Assembly: GCA_963674945.2 (NCBI GenBank)
Contig: CAXXWQ010000003.1
Span: 96,001 to 160,000, forward strand
From: an uncultured Desulfosarcina sp.
GTDB lineage: Bacteria > Desulfobacterota > Desulfobacteria > Desulfobacterales > Desulfosarcinaceae
Length of the DNA stretch: 64,000 bases
Direction: 5' to 3'
The notes under the pieces were generated by a model. That model worked only from the letters and a program-made list of their open reading frames with translations. It searched no databases and was not told the DNA's origin. The translations under genes and the position numbers were made by a program. Each line of letters starts with the position of its first letter. Positions within the stretch are counted from its first letter, which is position 1. This document shows, piece by piece, positions 59,257 through 64,000 of the stretch.

Positions 59257-60524
59257 TTCACACCTCCGACCGTCAACAACCTTCCGGCCAGCATTTGTTT
59301 GGCTTCATCAACCAGGCGGTTGAGCGTCTGAGGATCATCAATATGCAATATCGAATCATCACCAAATGCCTCTGATGGAATCTTGAGCTTTACTCCGGCA
59401 ACCACCTCTTTTAAACCGGAAATTTCTTCCGGCTTTGCGGGTGTCGCCAATATACCTTCTAACAGTTTACCGAATATGCTGCCTTCGGTTAATACCACAT
59501 CCATTTCTAGTTTGCTGGTTGTTGCGATCTCAACTTTTTCTATCCACAAATCATCTCCGGCAATTTCTGCACCAAGCGCTTTAATTCTTTGTTCGAATCG
59601 TTCGGGATAGGATGCGAGCTCATTTGAAACCGACGTGGCGCCTTCGAAACGAATACGCATGGCCATTGGCCTTCCGTCGGCCAATACTTTTTCATTGGCA
59701 ATGGAACTCCGCGCCCGCTCGAGCACCTGTGTCATATCGGATACATCCGAAAGGTCCACGGGGCAATTGACCCAACGCAAAACATCTAACGGATAGCTTT
59801 CGATTTCGCTTACGATGCCGTTCGCAACAGTTACGAGCACGCACCCCTTTGCACCGGTTTCGCGAATATGACGCCCCTGGATGCAGCCGGGGAAAACGAT
59901 ATGGGGGTCCTCGGACACGAATTCCTGCTTGTGAACGTGTCCCAAAGCCCAATATTGATAACCTTTTGCGCGCAGATCATCTGGGGTACACGGTGCATAG
60001 GGTGCATGGCCTTCGCGACCGTTGAGACTGGTGTGTAGGAGCCCGATGTTGAACATTCCTTTTTCAGCAGGGCCAAATTCAACCACGATGTTTTTATCCA
60101 CGTGCTGGGTACCAAAACTGCGCCCATGAATCGAAACCTTACACCTGTCCAACCTTATTGTTTCAACCTTTCTGGGCGAAAACATTTTCATGTTGGCCGG
60201 ATTATCAAGCGCTTTGGTCATGCGATTGGCCGCATCATGATTACCCGCAACCCCAAAAACTTGGATGCCATTTTGGCCAAGCCTTCCGATCTGTCGACTC
60301 AGAAATATTCCAGTGCTGTAGTCTTTCCAGTCTCCGTCGTACAGATCGCCTGCCAATAAAACAAATTCAACGTTTTCCTCTATCGCTACGTCTATGAGAT
60401 TTTTAAATGCGTTCCGGCAGGCATTGCGGAGAGAATCGACGGGGGCGGATTCGTATTTTGACAAACCACGCAATGGGCTGTCCAAGTGCACATCTGCCGC
60501 GTGGATAAATTTAAACATTTCCAT
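59253..60524 (-). CDS. yhaO: YhaO-family Mre11/SbcD-like metallophosphoesterase
   Basis: HAADVHLDSP, AGDLYD, GNHD, ALGHVH; 4-bp overlap with yhaN; exact start uncertain. Confidence 0.88.
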   Translation of the reverse strand: MEMFKFIHAADVHLDSPLRGLSKYESAPVDSLRNACRNAFKNLIDVAIEENVEFVLLAGDLYDGDWKDYSTGIFLSRQIGRLGQNGIQVFGVAGNHDAANRMTKALDNPANMKMFSPRKVETIRLDRCKVSIHGRSFGTQHVDKNIVVEFGPAEKGMFNIGLLHTSLNGREGHAPYAPCTPDDLRAKGYQYWALGHVHKQEFVSEDPHIVFPGCIQGRHIRETGAKGCVLVTVANGIVSEIESYPLDVLRWVNCPVDLSDVSDMTQVLERARSSIANEKVLADGRPMAMRIRFEGATSVSNELASYPERFEQRIKALGAEIAGDDLWIEKVEIATTSKLEMDVVLTEGSIFGKLLEGILATPAKPEEISGLKEVVAGVKLKIPSEAFGDDSILHIDDPQTLNRLVDEAKQMLAGRLLTVGGVK

Positions 60525-61360
60525 CTTTTCATCCATCCTGTTTCGTAGGCCAACAGCGGGAAAGTTTTCGCTAACCAATTGACATTACATAGATTATACC
60601 CTATAAAAAGGCATGGCACAAGCGTAATCCAATATGAAAGACCTTTTATCAGATGTTTCCTTTCTCTTCCCAGCCGTTTGTGATGAAATATTCATAAATG
60701 AGAAAATCATGACAATTTGTGTGGTGAATTACATGGACTGCGGAGGTTATTGCTGCCAGGCTGGAAAATGCATCGGATGCTTTTGAGCATCGCATTGTTC
60801 ATAAAACGGACGGACAATTGTGGGTACAAGGCCGCATCTACAAACTGGAAAGGGAGATCGCCGACCAAATCAATCTTGCGCGTCGCATCGTAGACAATCT
60901 CCGAACCAATATCCACAGGAAACTATGCGGCAGCAATACATTTGCATTGAGAAAAACGCTTCATCCTATAAGATTTGATTCAGATTTTAAGAGCCCATCC
61001 GTTTATCCTGCGTCCCCATTCAAATCTATTGAGCACAACGATCATTACAAATGCCAAACCGGCGGCAATACACGCTGAAATGAATTTAATCTTATGCATC
61101 TCGCCCCCTTTTCCGAAAATTTGCTGATAAAGTTCAGTCTGTTGATGCCTCCTCCACGGAATACTTTGTTTATCATTTTAGAAAGCAAAAAATATTCCAT
61201 AGACATTTTTTCCTTTTATTGTAAACTGTTACTGAAGATTAGAAATGTGATCAGAATAGGAAGTCGGTATAATGAGAGAAATTGCGATAAAAATATAACT
61301 TTTTTTACACAAATATTGAGAATTGGAAGAAATAAAGTAACAGCTCCGCAGTGTGATACG

Positions 61361-61387
61361 GGCAGAGCCACTTGGGGAGGCTCTGCC
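61361..61387. terminator. 9-bp hairpin after the aqpZ fragment
   Basis: ggcagagcc-acttgggga-ggctctgcc. Confidence 0.4.
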
Positions 61388-61423
61388 GTTGTTATGGTTC
61401 AGGCAGGATCGATTTCATTGAAT

Positions 61424-61678
61424 TTAGATGTAAGGGAAAAGCTCTTTTGCCTGGAAGCGGCCACCGGCCCATAAACCAATGGATACAGCCGGATTAGGAT
61501 GACAACCGGAGATATGTCCGATGGCAAAAGCCATGGTTAGGACAGTCAAACCAAATGCCAGCGAAACGCCAAGGAACCCTATACCCAAATCCGGGAATGC
61601 CGCCGCCAGCACCGCACTGCCACACCCACCCAAAACCAGCCAAAATGTCCCAAAGAACTCCGCACCATACTTCTTCAT
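61424..61678 (-). pseudogene. aqpZ: Truncated aquaporin Z (N-terminal 84 aa only)
   Basis: [21 protein letters not shown]...[13 protein letters not shown]; stops after the first NPA; I see no continuation in the downstream sequence. Confidence 0.88.
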
Positions 61679-62002
61679 ATTTCTCTCCTTTTACAAGTGG
61701 CCCCGCAGAAAAATTGTTAGGTGGAACTTTTCGCCCTGTGACAATAAAAGGAAAGGAGAATGAGGCCAAATTTCAGCTCTCGCTGGCGGTCAATACCACC
61801 TCATTACTTCCGTTTCGAAAGAGGATCAGGTTGGAATGATGCAATTAAAATGAAAAATCGAGCATCCGTCAACAATAAATAGGGGCAACAGTCGGTTGAA
61901 GCTTCTGTACACCTGTGACTTCGAAGATTCTAATTGCGCAATTATGGAGGCGTCCTGCAAGCCAAAGTGCCTCAAAATTATTCTTCTTGAGAGTGTAGCG
62001 TT

Positions 62003-63172
62003 TTATCGGTATCGCTCCATCACCCGCTTAAATCCCGGCATGGAATTGACGATGGTATCGTCATCTACGCAAAAGGCGATGCGAAAATACCCCGGATAGA
62101 GAAATCCTCTTCCCGGAACGGTAAGGATCAACTCCTTTTGCAGTTCCTGGACAAATGCCACATCGTCTTCGATGGGTGATTTTGGAAAAAGGTAAAACGC
62201 CCCCAAAGGTTCGAAAAATTCGTAGCCGGCATCACCGAGTCCATCGCACAGGAGTTTCCGCTTTCTGGCATAGGCATCGATATCCACATTGACCCCCTGC
62301 AGCTTGGAGATGACCCGCTGCATGATAGCCGGTGCGTTGACGAATCCCAAAATCTTCGAAGCCAACTTCATGCCCGCCATGACCTCCTTTTTGAAGGTTG
62401 CAGCGGGATTGATGGCGGCAAAACCGATTCGCTCTCCCGGTATGGACAGATCCTTGGAATAGGATGTGGCGATGATACTCTCCGGATAGGCCTTGAAAAT
62501 ACTCGGCACAGAATGGTTATCGAAAACGATTTTGCGATACGGCTCGTCCGATAACAGATAAATGGTACGACCGAAAGATTTGGCGCGCGATGCCAACAGT
62601 TCTCCCAAGGCGTTCAGATTCTTTTCTGAATAGATCTGACCGGAAGGATTGTTTGGCGAGTTGATGATCATAGCCTTTGTTTTTTCATTGATTGCCGAAG
62701 AGATGGCATCCAGATCCAGCTGGAAATCGGGCCGGCAATCGACAACCCTGCTGATGCCGTCATGATTGTCCACATACACCTGGTAATCCACAAACACCGG
62801 TTTGGTTAAAATCACCTCGTCGCCCGGATCGATCAGCGTTTTCAAAATGACATTCAGCGCACCGGCCGCGCCGAAAGTCATCATCACCTCATCGGCCGTC
62901 ACCGCCACTGCCTGCTCCTCACACAGGTATGCGGCTACGGCTTGACGAACGTGCTGATGATTTTCTGAATACATGGTACAATCATATTGCACTGCCGTTT
63001 CCCGCAAGGTCACGGTGAATTCGTCGGGTGGCGGCAGATTGGGATTTCCAAGGCTGAAATCGAATACATTTTTTTCACCGTGTTTTTCCTTTAACTTCCT
63101 ACCCTCTTCGAACATCTTACGGATCCATGAGGATCCTTTCATGGAGACTTCGATCTTCTTGGCGACGGTCAT
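62003..63172 (-). CDS. PLP-dependent class I/II aminotransferase (aspartate aminotransferase-like)
   Basis: SWIRKMFEEG, FSLGNP, NSPNNPSG, SDEPY, SYSKDLSIPGERIG. Confidence 0.93.
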   Translation of the reverse strand: MTVAKKIEVSMKGSSWIRKMFEEGRKLKEKHGEKNVFDFSLGNPNLPPPDEFTVTLRETAVQYDCTMYSENHQHVRQAVAAYLCEEQAVAVTADEVMMTFGAAGALNVILKTLIDPGDEVILTKPVFVDYQVYVDNHDGISRVVDCRPDFQLDLDAISSAINEKTKAMIINSPNNPSGQIYSEKNLNALGELLASRAKSFGRTIYLLSDEPYRKIVFDNHSVPSIFKAYPESIIATSYSKDLSIPGERIGFAAINPAATFKKEVMAGMKLASKILGFVNAPAIMQRVISKLQGVNVDIDAYARKRKLLCDGLGDAGYEFFEPLGAFYLFPKSPIEDDVAFVQELQKELILTVPGRGFLYPGYFRIAFCVDDDTIVNSMPGFKRVMERYR

Positions 63173-63361
63173 GTTTTTTCACCCCTTATCTGAATATCTG
63201 GAAAAATGATCATTTCTTGATGGGCACGGACTATACACTATTTTCATCAAAAAATTCCAAGGATTTTCTGTGCTTGTCCTCTTAATCCAAAAATCATGGC
63301 ATTCACGTCGATGCAGATCAATGGAGGGGTTTGACGCTGCACCATAGTTATCCGCCATCGA

Positions 63362-64000
63362 TTACGACATATCATGACCAGAAGACGGCGATCGCAGAAA
63401 ATGGGCCAAAAAGACGGCAAACAGGGTCAAGCAGGCGCACCCGACGAAGGCCACGTTGAAACTTCCGGTAAGATCGGCGATGGCGCCGGCCAACATTGGT
63501 CCGGTGATCTGCCCTACCCCGAAGAAAAGGGTCACGAAACCGAAAGCACGTACGGCCTGATCGGGTCCTGCATAGTCACCCACGGCGGCTGACATAATGG
63601 TGGGAATACTCCACGCAGCCAATCCGAAAATGGTAATGGAACCGAAAAGAAAAGGGTTGGAGAGGTTGGCTCCCACAAGGAAATAGGAGATGGTAAACAA
63701 GACGTAGACCACCTGCATTCCCACCTTGCGTCCCATGCGATCCGAAAGCCATCCGAAAAGGGGTCCGGAAAAAATGGAAAGCCCGCCAACAAAGGCCCAG
63801 AAGGTACCCGCGGCATCCTCCCCGAAACCCCGCTCATTTACCATGGTGGTTACGATAAAAGTGGCATAGACGGCATATGTCGCCCCGAACAGGGCGTAGA
63901 TACAGCCTAAATGAACCATGGTCCGCCGATGGACCTTTTTCTCTTTCACGGTCTTGCCCGGCAAAGGAACGTGGCGTCCCCCCATTTTGTCCAATGATTG
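63362..64000 (-). CDS. MFS transporter, YbfB/YjiJ-like (partial, 5' end beyond right edge)
   Basis: GWLSDRMGRK MFS motif, GQITGPMLAGAIAD; frame open to the window edge. Confidence 0.88.
   Translation of the reverse strand, partial: QSLDKMGGRHVPLPGKTVKEKKVHRRTMVHLGCIYALFGATYAVYATFIVTTMVNERGFGEDAAGTFWAFVGGLSIFSGPLFGWLSDRMGRKVGMQVVYVLFTISYFLVGANLSNPFLFGSITIFGLAAWSIPTIMSAAVGDYAGPDQAVRAFGFVTLFFGVGQITGPMLAGAIADLTGSFNVAFVGCACLTLFAVFLAHFLRSPSSGHDMS

Noticed and set aside
55723..60524. yhaO/yhaN as a novel defence system
   Set aside because: A widespread known gene pair, with no defence-island context in this window.
60700..61474. Short ORFs between yhaO and the aqpZ fragment
   Set aside because: No RBS or domain evidence; probably decayed sequence.

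Overview
64-kb window from a genome that looks like an anaerobic Desulfobacterota (Desulfosarcina/Desulfobacterales-like; inferred from gene content). 1-22.5 kb is a single-strand (minus) cell-surface locus: PhoB/OmpR-type and VpsT/CsgD-type regulators, a PilZ protein, two VPLPA-CTERM proteins, a small DUF2292/YezD-like protein, a PKD-repeat surface protein, a Cys-rich PstS-fold protein, two FKBP-like lipoproteins and a two-partner secretion pair (TpsB plus a >2600-aa FHA-like TpsA that runs off the left edge and is missing from the ORF track). In its non-coding DNA sits a repeated structured-RNA motif that I do not recognise: a six-copy tandem array (20033-20379) and a seventh copy (14813-14855) overlapping a strong intrinsic terminator, with compensatory base changes between copies. 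This suggests an attenuation/antitermination system and is the most novel-looking signal. The second highlight is a stand-alone enediyne-type iterative PKS (PKSE architecture) fused to two hot-dog thioesterase domains, with no enediyne accessory genes nearby (44868-52688). The rest comprises an AT-rich decayed patch with a TGA-interrupted ORF, an acetylene-hydratase-like molybdo/tungstoenzyme lacking the catalytic Asp, a two-component system with a TAXI-TRAP transporter, orphan E1 alpha/beta dehydrogenase genes, MarR with twin operators, a sigma54 activator and its NADH oxidase target, a hybrid kinase, yhaO/yhaN, a truncated aqpZ, an aminotransferase and a partial MFS transporter. No rRNA, tRNA, CRISPR array or intact transposase was seen.
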